Part shown: positions 38,488 through 46,979 of the stretch, piece after piece
How the letters are laid out: each line of letters starts with the position of its first letter
Numbering within the stretch: position 1 is the first letter of the stretch
Assembly: GCA_046483305.1 (NCBI GenBank)
Contig: JAWODM010000006.1
Span: forward strand, 1-56,229
Source: Candidatus Krumholzibacteriales bacterium
Lineage (GTDB): Bacteria; Krumholzibacteriota; Krumholzibacteriia; Krumholzibacteriales; WJIX01
Reading direction: 5' to 3'
DNA: 56,229 bases
The notes under the pieces: generated by a model
The model's database searches: none
Seen by the model: only the letters and a program-made list of their open reading frames with translations
What the model was told of the DNA's origin: nothing
Made by a program: the position numbers and the translations under genes

Positions 38488-39906
38488 CTATCTGCCGGTC
38501 AGCGTGAAACTGGACAGCACCTTTTCCAGTTCCCGGAGCCTTGCCCTGGCAACCCGGTCGTCTTTCTCTGTGCGAACCAGGCAGTTCACGGTGTAGAGCT
38601 TTCCGTCCCTGACGGTCATGGCCAGTGTCCAGAACCCAACGCTTCCCACATTGGCCAGGCGGTCGGTCCACTTTCCGTATACCGCCGTTACCATCTCTCC
38701 GCCCAGATCTATCTTCCTGTCCCCCTCTATGTTCATATCCCTTTCAGCGGATGAGGTTTTGAAACTGTGCCCGCGTGAGTATACGTCCTGAGAGAGGACC
38801 TCTTCCCTTACGGTAGGCTGCCACTGCACTTCAATCTCCTCATAGAGCTGCTCATTTCTGAACCAGTGCATCCGCCCGACCTTTTCTCCTCCGCCGCCTC
38901 CGCCCAGACTGAAACCTTCCGGGAGCTGTATTTTGAAACCGGGCCTTACTATTTCGGGGAGTTTTCTGAGAAATACCGCCCTTACATTATACGGAAAAAT
39001 ATTCTGGTGGCGGTAGCCGCCAGCTTCCGGAGTAATCTCCCCGGGTTGAAGCGAAGTCAGAAGCCTCCTGAGAGGGACTCCCTTTCTGATACTGTCGGCG
39101 CACGCTCTGGTGAGATTCTCAATATACGACTTCTCAACCTCTATCTGGTCTTTCAGGCAAACTCTTCCCTCTCCGGGAACTATATATTTGATTTCTGTTT
39201 CCGAGAGTCTGTCCAGAACCGAACTCCAGTTTTCATAGTCGGCCCCCGGGTCGGCCAGATTGGGATGATAGCCATTACTGATCAATCCCCCGGAGAAGAT
39301 AACCCCGCTCTCCGGAACATATACCAGACAGTCCCCGGGAGTATGGGCAGGCCCGGAATGCTCAAGAATTACCTTTCTGCCCCCCAGATCCAGAGTAATC
39401 TTCCTGCCGTCCATCAGAGAATCGGGCAGGGCAAGTTCAACATTCTTTAAATTCCGGTACCTTCCGGGATTGGAATTCCTGTAGTACTGCATGTAACGGG
39501 GAAAGGAATTCTCCATTTCCCGGGCGGTCTCCGCGCTGGATATGATTACCGCTCCATCTTCTCTGAATACAGAGTTGCCCCAGGTATTTACGGGATGATA
39601 ATGAGTATTTACCAGGAACCTTACCGGCAGCCCGGTCACCTTCCTTATTTCCCGGAGCAGTTTGAGGGCATGCTCCGGAGTATAACCGGAATCCACTGCC
39701 AGGACCCCCTCGGACCCTACTACAAACCCCCTGTTTGCGCCAAGATTTTCTTCGAACGATGCATCCCCGGAAATCAGCGCGTATACCCCTTCATCCAGCC
39801 TGACCAGGCCTGGTTTATCCAGGTCCACTTTCGAGCATCCCAGGATCACAAAAAATAAAGCGGAAAGGACTACTCGCAAGAATCTCCAATTTGCTTTATC
39901 AATCAC
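38488..39906 (-). CDS. MBL-fold putative lipoprotein with degenerate metal site and extra C-terminal domain
   Basis: Lipobox-like ILGC; ANRGFVVG..GVLAVDSG; VNTHYHPVN; PAHTPGD; FSGGL; VPGEG. Confidence 0.8.
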   Translation of the reverse strand: MIDKANWRFLRVVLSALFFVILGCSKVDLDKPGLVRLDEGVYALISGDASFEENLGANRGFVVGSEGVLAVDSGYTPEHALKLLREIRKVTGLPVRFLVNTHYHPVNTWGNSVFREDGAVIISSAETAREMENSFPRYMQYYRNSNPGRYRNLKNVELALPDSLMDGRKITLDLGGRKVILEHSGPAHTPGDCLVYVPESGVIFSGGLISNGYHPNLADPGADYENWSSVLDRLSETEIKYIVPGEGRVCLKDQIEVEKSYIENLTRACADSIRKGVPLRRLLTSLQPGEITPEAGGYRHQNIFPYNVRAVFLRKLPEIVRPGFKIQLPEGFSLGGGGGGEKVGRMHWFRNEQLYEEIEVQWQPTVREEVLSQDVYSRGHSFKTSSAERDMNIEGDRKIDLGGEMVTAVYGKWTDRLANVGSVGFWTLAMTVRDGKLYTVNCLVRTEKDDRVARARLRELEKVLSSFTLTGR

Positions 39907-40050
39907 GGTCAGATTCCTCCAGGCCCAAAAACAATTGATTCATGAGAGGTATTTCCGGGAGAATCCCCTTCGATGCATTCCGAGCGGGCATGCCGGATGA
40001 AATGCTGCGCCATCCCGGCAATCGATTGGCCTCTTAACAGAACCAGTGTA

Positions 40051-40377
40051 CTATAAATGCTTCTCTATCAGATCCTTGAGCATGTCCCGGGGCGCCGCGC
40101 CCACAGCCGAATCAACCACTTCTCCGCCCTTGAATATCTTCAGGGTGGGTATGCTCATTATCCCGTACTGCACCGCCACGTCCCTGGCATCATCGGTGTT
40201 GACCTTCACGAATTTGAACTTGCCGTCATACTCGCCGGCCAGATCTTCGACTATCGGCTCGACCATTTTACACGGTCCGCACCAGGGAGCCCAGAAATCG
40301 ACCAGAACCGGAAGGTCCGATTCGAGTACTTCAGTCTTGAAATCATCATTTCCAACATGCTTTACCTTATCACTCAC
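40051..40377 (-). CDS. trxA: Thioredoxin
   Basis: [12 protein letters not shown] and cis-Pro motif SIPT; AGGAGG RBS. Confidence 0.96.
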   Translation of the reverse strand: MSDKVKHVGNDDFKTEVLESDLPVLVDFWAPWCGPCKMVEPIVEDLAGEYDGKFKFVKVNTDDARDVAVQYGIMSIPTLKIFKGGEVVDSAVGAAPRDMLKDLIEKHL

Positions 40378-40640
40378 TTAAATACCTCCTTGTAGCCCCC
40401 GGAATCATTATCCGGACCCGGTTTCTTTATATAAAATTAATGATAATAATTGATACCTGCCCATTCAAGGGCAATCAACACCGCCTTCCATTAAATCTTT
40501 GATAACTCAGCTTTATCGTAAGCCCCCTGCCGCAGAGTCATTCCGGTTATGAGAGCAGAAATATGTTGCCACTAAAGCAAAATATCCTTAATCTTAATAA
40601 TGATTGAAATAATAACCGGACCTGTTCAAGAGGGCAGAAA

Positions 40641-41828
40641 ATGACTGAAAGAAGAATATATCTGGATCATAACGCGACAACTCCTCTTCATCCGGAGGTA
40701 AGGAAGGAAATGATAAAGGGTATGGACCTGTACGGAAATCCTTCCAGCATGCATACTCCGGGCAGGGCGGCCAGGAGGAAGATAGAAGAGGCCAGAGGCA
40801 AAATAGCTTCTTTCATAGGAGCCGGCGAGGATGAAATCGTCTTCGTGGGAAGCGGATCGGAGGCGAATAATTCCGTCCTCTCCCTGCTGACATGCCAGAT
40901 GAGAAAATGCAGCATACCGGGGCTGTCTAAAACCCGTATCATAACGACTGAAATAGAACATCCATGCATTCTTGAAACCTGCAGATGCATGCTCGGCGCG
41001 GCAATTGATACTGTTTATCTGAAGGTGGATGAATTCGGAAAGATAGATATCGGAGAGCTTGAGCGTCACCTGGAAGAACCCACTCTCCTGGTTTCGGTAA
41101 TGATGGCCAATAATGAAATAGGCACGACCCAGGATATCAGAAAGATAGCCGCCGCAGCTCATCAGAAGGGAGCCCTGTTCCACACCGACGCGGCCCAGTC
41201 TGTCGGGAAAATACCGGTTGACGTAGGAGAGCTTGGAGTGGACTACCTGACCATGTCGGCTCACAAGGTCTACGGGCCCAAGGGAATAGGGGCGCTGTAC
41301 GTCAAAAAGGAAGCGCCGTTCTGCCCCCTCATCCACGGAGGACATCAGGAAAGCGGGAGGAGAGCCGGCACCGAAAACACTCTTGGGATAATAGGGTTCG
41401 GCAAGGCTATAGAGATGCGGGGGATGGAAATGGAAGAAGAAGCGGAAAAGCTTCTCCATCTCAAGAATGCGCTGAAAGAGGGGCTGGAGAATAACATACC
41501 GGACATCAGATTCATAGGGCATCCCACGGACTCGCTTCCCGGAACCCTCAATGTTTCTTTCTCCGGAGTGGAGGGGGAAGCGATCATGCTCCACCTGGAC
41601 CTGGAGGGGATTGCGGTATCCACAGGGTCTGCCTGTTCCTCGGGCTCGCTGGGGCCCTCTCACGTTATTCTCGCCACAGGCGTATCGGAAGAGTTCGCCA
41701 ACGGCTCGATCAGAATCAGTATGGGAAGAGAGACCGCCATGGAAGATATTGAGCGAACCGTGGATTCATTCGGCAGGGTGATACCAAGATTAAGGAAGAT
41801 CTCTTCAAGGTATCTGGCACGGGAGTAA
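40641..41828 (+). CDS. Cysteine desulfurase (NifS/IscS, class I)
   Basis: IYLDHNATTP, GNPSSMH, HTDAAQ, PLP Lys in SAHKVYGPKG, catalytic STGSACSS. Confidence 0.94.
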   Translation: MTERRIYLDHNATTPLHPEVRKEMIKGMDLYGNPSSMHTPGRAARRKIEEARGKIASFIGAGEDEIVFVGSGSEANNSVLSLLTCQMRKCSIPGLSKTRIITTEIEHPCILETCRCMLGAAIDTVYLKVDEFGKIDIGELERHLEEPTLLVSVMMANNEIGTTQDIRKIAAAAHQKGALFHTDAAQSVGKIPVDVGELGVDYLTMSAHKVYGPKGIGALYVKKEAPFCPLIHGGHQESGRRAGTENTLGIIGFGKAIEMRGMEMEEEAEKLLHLKNALKEGLENNIPDIRFIGHPTDSLPGTLNVSFSGVEGEAIMLHLDLEGIAVSTGSACSSGSLGPSHVILATGVSEEFANGSIRISMGRETAMEDIERTVDSFGRVIPRLRKISSRYLARE

Positions 41829-41830
41829 TA

Positions 41831-42442
41831 ATGGAAGACCTCAAATGGGTTTATACCGAAAACGTTAAAGACCATTTCATGAATCCCCGGAACGTTCTGG
41901 AGGACCTTGATTCGTACGATTATGACGGATTCGGCAGAACCGGGAATGTAAAGTGCGGAGATGAAATGATCTTCGTGATAAAAGTAGACAGCGAAAAACA
42001 GATAATCACGGACTGCAAATGGAAAACCTACGGCTGCGCCAGTGCGATTGCCACCACATCGAAGCTGTCAGAAATGGTAACCGGGGTGCCGCTGAAAGAA
42101 GCTTACAGAATCTCCCCCAGGGATATAGTCGACGAACTGGGCGGGCTTCCTGATAATAAGATACACTGCTCTGTAATAGGAGACAAAGCTCTCCGGGAGG
42201 CCATTGAGGATTATTACCGGCGCAACGGAATGGAAGATCAGATAGAGAAGGAAGAAACCAACATAATCTGTGAATGCATGAATGTTTCAGAGAAGGAAAT
42301 CGAGGAAGCCGTACTGGAAGGGGCCAGAAACTATCTCAGGGTCCAGGAAATGACCAAGGCCGGAACAGTATGCGGCCAGTGCAAGGATGAAGTCATAGAT
42401 ATTATGAATAAATATATACGCCTGCATTTCGGAAATCCCTGA
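41831..42442 (+). CDS. NifU/IscU-type Fe-S scaffold with C-terminal BFD-like [2Fe-2S] domain
   Basis: U-domain cysteines in KCGD, YGCASA and KIHCS; then ICECMNV...GTVCGQC. Confidence 0.92.
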   Translation: MEDLKWVYTENVKDHFMNPRNVLEDLDSYDYDGFGRTGNVKCGDEMIFVIKVDSEKQIITDCKWKTYGCASAIATTSKLSEMVTGVPLKEAYRISPRDIVDELGGLPDNKIHCSVIGDKALREAIEDYYRRNGMEDQIEKEETNIICECMNVSEKEIEEAVLEGARNYLRVQEMTKAGTVCGQCKDEVIDIMNKYIRLHFGNP

Positions 42443-42500
42443 TTGCAGATATACTACTGACAGAAATCATAACTTATTGATCAAAAGGAGGTGAAGTATT

Positions 42501-42647
42501 ATGAACAAATTCAAGCTTTGCAGCGACGAAAAGTGCTGTCCCGAAGTAACCGTGGATGGCGACAACATCACTATCTCCGATGATTTCGGAGGAGAAGTAA
42601 AGCTTACCAGAGAACAGGTTGAAATCCTTATCGATAACCTGAAGTAA
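42501..42647 (+). CDS. Small Cys-rich protein, 48 aa (not in ORF track)
   Basis: Full AGGAGGTGA RBS; MNKFKLCSDEKCCPEVTVDGDNITISDDFGGEVKLTREQVEILIDNLK; followed by a terminator-like hairpin. Confidence 0.8.
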   Translation: MNKFKLCSDEKCCPEVTVDGDNITISDDFGGEVKLTREQVEILIDNLK

Positions 42648-42661
42648 CTCATTAAAAGTGA

Positions 42662-42713
42662 CGGGTGAAATGAAGGGGTGGATATGCTCCTTCAGATCAC
42701 CCGTTTGCTTATT
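42662..42713 (+). terminator. Hairpin/terminator closing the nifS-nifU-small ORF unit
   Basis: cgggtga-tgaagggg...ctccttca-tcacccg followed by tttgcttatt. Confidence 0.6.
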
Positions 42714-42914
42714 GTCCCGGCTTATACTGAAAATCCATCCGGCATCCCGTTCTTCTCCTGAGCCTGTATTCGCTCACCATGCAGATGGTCTTCCCGGTTT
42801 AATTTCAAGATTACAGGAGTTTCCCCAGAAAATAAGCCAGAATGTCGGTAAGGTAATCTTTAACAACAACTTAGTTTTAATAACAACTGGAATCGGCCTT
42901 AAGCATTGGTAGAA

Positions 42915-43063
42915 GCGGCTGAGTGATTAATTCAAAACCCTCCGGAGGGCGAGCGGGCATGGTTTTCTGCCCCGTCAGGGGCAGAAAGAGCGAGCCCGAG
43001 GCGGGAGTTGCGGTTTCCTCGCCGGGGAAACCGACAACGATTTTGAATTAATCACTCAGCCGC
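42915..43063. repeat. 149-bp MITE/REP-like element with perfect 23-bp terminal inverted repeats
   Basis: gcggctgagtgattaattcaaaa ... ttttgaattaatcactcagccgc, enclosing hairpins ccctccggaggg, tttctgcccc-gtca-ggggcagaaa and ggtttcctcgccggggaaacc. Confidence 0.8.
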
Positions 43064-43131
43064 AAACCAAACGAATAATTAAACTACCTGATAGATAATA
43101 AAAATTGGGGAAACTCCAATCAAGATTATAC

Positions 43132-43161
43132 TTGACAGAAAATTGAATACGTTTCTAGAAT
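43132..43161 (+). promoter_or_regulatory. Putative sigma70 promoter
   Basis: TTGACA-18 nt-TAGAAT upstream of the gene at 43213. Confidence 0.55.
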
Positions 43162-43212
43162 TCAAACAATAGTAGTTGTTGCCATCATTGGTTTAAATCC
43201 AGGGAGGGCGAA

Positions 43213-43770
43213 ATGTTTAAGAAGGCAATACTCGCTGCAGTCATTATTGCGCTGATTGTGCCTGCAGCCGCAATGGGCACGGAGATGATGAAGGGTAGAT
43301 TCGCGCTCGGATATTATTCCTCCGACGCACCGCTGGCGATGCGGTACTGGGCAACTGACAATGTTGCTATCGATGCCGGAATCGGGCTGAGCATGATAGA
43401 GGTAGCCGAACCCACGGAATCTGATTCCGCTGCCACCTCAAGCACCTTCAGCTTCTGGTTCGAAGCGGGTGTTCCCATTAAAATCTGGGACTATGAGCGC
43501 TCTCATTTCTTTTTGCGTCCCGGGGTCATCATCGGAATACTGGATGATCGCGAATTCGGTACCGGAGGCCTTGATGAAACCTGGACCCAGGTGATCGGCC
43601 AGATCGCGCTTGGCGCCGAAGTTTTCCTGACCGATAACTTCTCTATTGACGCCAATCATGGATTCAACATTATATTCACTTCGCCTCCGGATGTGGTTGG
43701 AGACTCCACCATGGATGTCAAAACCTTCGGGAACAGTGTAACAAACGTCGGTTTCCATTTTTACTTTTAA
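43213..43770 (+). CDS. Small outer-membrane beta-barrel protein
   Basis: GGAGG RBS, signal peptide, alternating strands, LGAEVFLTDNFSID, C-terminal GFHFYF. Confidence 0.82.
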   Translation: MFKKAILAAVIIALIVPAAAMGTEMMKGRFALGYYSSDAPLAMRYWATDNVAIDAGIGLSMIEVAEPTESDSAATSSTFSFWFEAGVPIKIWDYERSHFFLRPGVIIGILDDREFGTGGLDETWTQVIGQIALGAEVFLTDNFSIDANHGFNIIFTSPPDVVGDSTMDVKTFGNSVTNVGFHFYF

Positions 43771-43800
43771 GAACGGCTTTTAAGCTTGAAGACTTCATAA

Positions 43801-43838
43801 GGGGGGAACAGGCGGTTACGCCCATCCCCCCGCTTTTC
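43801..43838 (+). terminator. Intrinsic terminator
   Basis: gggggga-ggcg...cgcc-tcccccc followed by gcttttct. Confidence 0.55.
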
Positions 43839-43885
43839 TGTTTTATCCGGCCGCTATTACTCTGATTTGCGTTTACACCCGGCAG

Positions 43886-44394
43886 TTATTCCGTTATTCC
43901 CTTCCCTGTCAATATCAGGTGTATTTCATTTTCAGCCATAAAGGCGGCGGAGCCGTACCGCCTGTGCAGTTCGGCCGCCAGGCTGCCCGCTCTTACGGCA
44001 GGGTCTGATTCGGCCAGCCGCCTTGCTTCCCGGATGCTCTCCGCGTCAAAAGATATACACTCCTCTCGGTTCTCCTTCCCCCATGAAAGGGCCCGCCAGA
44101 ACCAGCTTCCCCGACCGGCCCGACTCTCCTGATATTGCCAGGATGGGCTCTCCCAGGTTCCAGGCTCCGGTTCGGCCCTTTCCTCAGAAAAACCACAATC
44201 TATTCCTTCATCCCGTATTCATCCACCCCGTACTCTATCGCTCTCAGCAACTCGTATAGCCGGGAGACGGGCTCTCCACCTCCGGGGTACCGGCCCTGTC
44301 GCAGCTTGCCCGGATTTGCATGCAGGTACAGATCATTGCGGAGCGACCGAAACTGCCAATTATTCTTGCCCTTTCCCGCCTCTTTCTCTTTCAT
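43886..44394 (-). pseudogene. YciI-family pseudogene
   Basis: Pieces in three frames join to YGVDEYGMKE*IVVFLRKGPNR...AH.GNIRR / SGKLVLAGPFMGEGEPRGVYIF / DAESIREARRLAESDPAVRAGSLAAELHRRYGSAAFMAENEIH. There is an in-frame TAG at 44200-44202 and at least two frameshifts. Confidence 0.75.
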
Positions 44395-44957
44395 GAATCA
44401 TCATGCTGAACGGGATGATATCCTATTCTTATATAACCCGGCTGTACTCCGTCGGTCAGCCAGATTTTTTCGGCAGGGTGACAGAACTTCATGCCGTCCC
44501 GGTACATTGAGGCCGAATCGACTTCCAGCAGAATCACCTTTCCGTGCCTTCTTCCCACCTCCATAGCTGTTTCAGGATCGGAGGAAAGGTGGACGTATTG
44601 CCGGGTCTGGGGATTTATCCCGTTCTTCATAATGGAATCCAGGTTTCTGGAAGCTGTTCCGTGATACAGTGCCGGCGGCGGCTTTTCATCCTCCAGATCA
44701 AGTTTTACCCTCCTGGAGTGGCCATATACCGCTCTTATCCTCTGCCTGTCTGCGGATATCTGATACCTTCCCTTACTGTCAGTTTCCGCTATTTCGAATA
44801 TCAGGCCCTTATCCAGTATTATTCCCTTCCTTGAAGCGCATTCAATCAACTCATTTATGCCGGCCCATCCGTTACAGTCCAGAGAAAGCCCTATCCCGCC
44901 GGGATCATGACGGAGCACCCAGGAGATGAACTTGCTTTCTCTGATATGTTTCTCCAT
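44391..44957 (-). CDS. kptA: RNA 2'-phosphotransferase (Tpt1/KptA family)
   Basis: SKFISWVLRHDP, KGRY, IRAVYGHS, LYHGT, RQYVHLS. Confidence 0.92.
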   Translation of the reverse strand: MEKHIRESKFISWVLRHDPGGIGLSLDCNGWAGINELIECASRKGIILDKGLIFEIAETDSKGRYQISADRQRIRAVYGHSRRVKLDLEDEKPPPALYHGTASRNLDSIMKNGINPQTRQYVHLSSDPETAMEVGRRHGKVILLEVDSASMYRDGMKFCHPAEKIWLTDGVQPGYIRIGYHPVQHDDS

Positions 44958-45051
44958 TCAGATCACCTGCTCTTACCGGAAAAGGGGGCGGATTATCCAG
45001 TCGGACCACCGCCTGGTATCCTGATTTGAATCAGAATTTCACTTAGCCCCA

Positions 45052-45744
45052 TCATAACCCCATAATTTTAAACCTCATCATCAACGCTATGAGTTTAACC
45101 AGGGGAATTACGATACGCGGGGCTGTATACCTCACCGGCTTCTTTTCAATGCATTTCAGCAGGTGGCCGGCCGCCCTCTCCGCCGACATCATGAAAGGTT
45201 TGACATCAGCTTTGGCCATTTTGGTATCAACGAAGCCGAAACGGACATTGGTTACGTATACCCCTTTCGGGCGGGCCGCCAGGGCCAGCCCCTCCAGGTA
45301 GTTTGAGAATCCGGCCTTCGATGCATGGTAGCTGGGGGCCTCCGCTGACAGAATCTCATCGGCTACACTGGAAATGCCGATCAGATGCCCGTTCCCCCGG
45401 CGGGCCATCTCCGGCAGCATGACTGATGCCGTTCTGATCATCCCCAGCAGATTCACTTCAAAAATCATCTCCTCGCCATGCATATCTGAAAGATCCAGCA
45501 ACTCCCCGATCCCGGCGCAGTAGACACAGAGATCTATCCTGTCTTCCTCCTCAAGGACCGACCTCAGAGCGAGAAGATATTCATCATCCTGGACCTCTGC
45601 CACGATATGACGGTAGGAGCTGTCCCTGATTGGAGCCCCACTCCTGGAAATTCCGGTTATTCCCCAATCTCTCTCCAGCAGTTTCCCGGTCAGAGCCAGC
45701 CCTATCCCGTCCGAATTGCCAATAATAACCGCGTTTTTTCTCAA
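45052..45744 (-). CDS. SDR family oxidoreductase
   Basis: IGNSDGIG Rossmann loop, CAGIG, FEVN, ISS, YHASK (YxxxK), GFVDT. Confidence 0.88.
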   Translation of the reverse strand: MRKNAVIIGNSDGIGLALTGKLLERDWGITGISRSGAPIRDSSYRHIVAEVQDDEYLLALRSVLEEEDRIDLCVYCAGIGELLDLSDMHGEEMIFEVNLLGMIRTASVMLPEMARRGNGHLIGISSVADEILSAEAPSYHASKAGFSNYLEGLALAARPKGVYVTNVRFGFVDTKMAKADVKPFMMSAERAAGHLLKCIEKKPVRYTAPRIVIPLVKLIALMMRFKIMGL

Positions 45745-45861
45745 CTTTCCACCTTCTCATGAAAACCACAGATACATTTATACTTCTGTTGCGTCCTGCA
45801 ATCAACGAAACTTCCTCTTATATGACCCTGCCCGCTAACCGGAAAAACCGCTGAGGCGGGT

Positions 45862-46245
45862 TTAATCCCTTATTCTGAAGAAAGCGTATGGAGCCAGAGC
45901 TATCCATACCGGTATGATAATCCATACCCGGCCGGCCAGAATATTGTAGTCCCAAAACAGCCTTTCCCAGGGGTGGCCCATTACGTAACGCCCGAACAGA
46001 AACTCAAAGGAGACTGTAAGCAGAAGCCATATCAGACCTACAGCCACAGCCCGCCGGGCTGATTCCAATCCGCAGCGGCCGGTCAGCCACCATATATAGA
46101 TACCGAAAAGGAGAACGGCGGTGGCGGTGGAAATCTGGTGGGCGTGCAGTTCGCTGAACCGCCCGGAGAGAAAGCTTTCACGGAAAAAAGCGTTCAGAAT
46201 CGCTATCGGTATCATAGCTGTCCAGCCGATCAAATACTTCCACAT
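45862..46245 (-). CDS. Hypothetical membrane protein
   Basis: 127 aa with four hydrophobic segments, FEFLFG and YNILAGRVW; AAAGG RBS. Confidence 0.75.
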   Translation of the reverse strand: MWKYLIGWTAMIPIAILNAFFRESFLSGRFSELHAHQISTATAVLLFGIYIWWLTGRCGLESARRAVAVGLIWLLLTVSFEFLFGRYVMGHPWERLFWDYNILAGRVWIIIPVWIALAPYAFFRIRD

Positions 46246-46256
46246 ATATTAACCTT

Positions 46257-46958
46257 TCATTCTTGAGGTATCCATGCCATCAGCTCGCTCAGGGCGGTTG
46301 AAGAGATCAGGTAACTCTCCTCACATCTGCAAGCCCTTTCCTGAATCTCCCTGAGCAGTTCTCTGAGCGGCCATGAATCTGCTCCGGGTCCGAACCGGCG
46401 CGTTGAATCCGATACATGCCCCCACATATGCTGAGCCGCGTTCCTGATGCCGCGCGTTTTCGGCTCCTGCCGGAGAATTTCGGTCAATACCTCCGCCAGC
46501 TCGGAAAAACCGGGGCCCGAGCCGGCAGCGAGCCCCCGGCCGATCTTTCTGTACAGACTCTCATCCCGGGCCAGCACCGAATACTTGTGATGGCTCCATA
46601 TCTGCTGTACATTTTCAGGGAGGCGGATCCGGCCCTTTTCCTTTTCCCTGTACTTGGCCCGGAGAATTTCAAACTGCCTGGATGGCTGGTCCACGTAATC
46701 TGCCGGCCAATCGCCCTCTTTCTCCTGGAAGCTTACCGGCGACCGGTGTTTATAATTCCTCAGCTCCATCTCCGCGGCCAGCAGGCGGTGCCGGCGGCTC
46801 AGAGCCCACCCGTAACCTTTCCAGCGAAGGGTTTCCGGATGCCTGGAATAACCTTTCCTGCAGTTGCCGATTATGGAAGACAACGCATGCAGCTCGCAGT
46901 GTTCTCCCAGCAGGCTCTGCCGGTTCAGGTATCCCGGGTTGATATCCCATATCCTCAT
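46257..46958 (-). CDS. Pyrimidine dimer DNA glycosylase/endonuclease V-like domain fused to a DUF1722-like domain
   Basis: MRIWDINPGYLNRQSLLGEHCELH, HPETLRW, EMELRNYKH; C-terminal NAAQHMWGH...YLISST. Confidence 0.8.
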   Translation of the reverse strand: MRIWDINPGYLNRQSLLGEHCELHALSSIIGNCRKGYSRHPETLRWKGYGWALSRRHRLLAAEMELRNYKHRSPVSFQEKEGDWPADYVDQPSRQFEILRAKYREKEKGRIRLPENVQQIWSHHKYSVLARDESLYRKIGRGLAAGSGPGFSELAEVLTEILRQEPKTRGIRNAAQHMWGHVSDSTRRFGPGADSWPLRELLREIQERACRCEESYLISSTALSELMAWIPQE

Positions 46959-46979
46959 TAAGTATCCACCCCCCCCCGG

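Noticed and set aside
40017..40033. GG-N10-GC motif (GGCCAATCGATTGC, minus strand) upstream of the MBL gene
   Set aside because: It lacks the GGCA core and overlaps the hairpin downstream of trxA, so it is probably coincidental.
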